A DNA stretch of 63,905 bases, counting the filler, from Octopus bimaculoides (lineage: Eukaryota), in NCBI RefSeq assembly GCF_001194135.2. It is 3 parts of 3 records of this genome, joined end to end, with 100 filler letters (N's around TTAATTAATTAA, not from the genome) between each part and the next. Parts side by side here need not be neighbours in the genome. Positions count along the whole stretch, not along the records: positions 40,669 to 63,905 come from NC_068996.1; 2 more parts are not named here. One strand, 5' to 3'. The position numbers and the translations under genes are program-made. Below the pieces are notes generated by a model. That model was not told where the DNA came from. It did not search any database and was given only the letters and a program-made list of their open reading frames with translations. Shown here piece by piece: positions 63,838 to 63,905 of the stretch (position 1 is the first letter of the stretch; every line of letters starts with the position of its first letter).

Positions 63838-63905
<68 letters not shown>

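Overview
Eukaryotic, AT-rich, repeat-dense draft-assembly DNA with many N gaps, most flanked by microsatellites. The SINE families, RTE tails and microsatellite load look like an octopus (coleoid cephalopod) genome; this is recall-based inference, not a database hit. Most non-gap sequence is microsatellite, tRNA-derived SINEs (at least 3 families, dozens of copies) and decayed TEs. The TEs are a near full-length but broken Tx1/L1-like LINE (about 42.97-47.22 kb), RTE, HERO-like (RLE), CR1/L2-like, Penelope-like and unclassified RT fragments, two mariner pieces, a hAT end and foldback elements. I found no long intact ORF, and nearly all ORF-track entries are microsatellite or gap read-through. 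The best host-gene signal is a phase-consistent set of minus-strand exons at 5408-5475, 937-1001 and 730-797. They would encode an unrecognised 66-aa peptide, with a probable non-coding first exon near 6.9-7.0 kb. A few isolated minus-strand exon candidates, including a 12-nt microexon, lie further right. The most unusual non-coding features are a minimal hammerhead-ribozyme-like motif (36859-36903, minus), a 45-bp ungapped hairpin (52048-52175) and an adjacent cluster of alternating inverted repeats. I see no convincing evidence of a wholly new biological system; the findings are leads to test.
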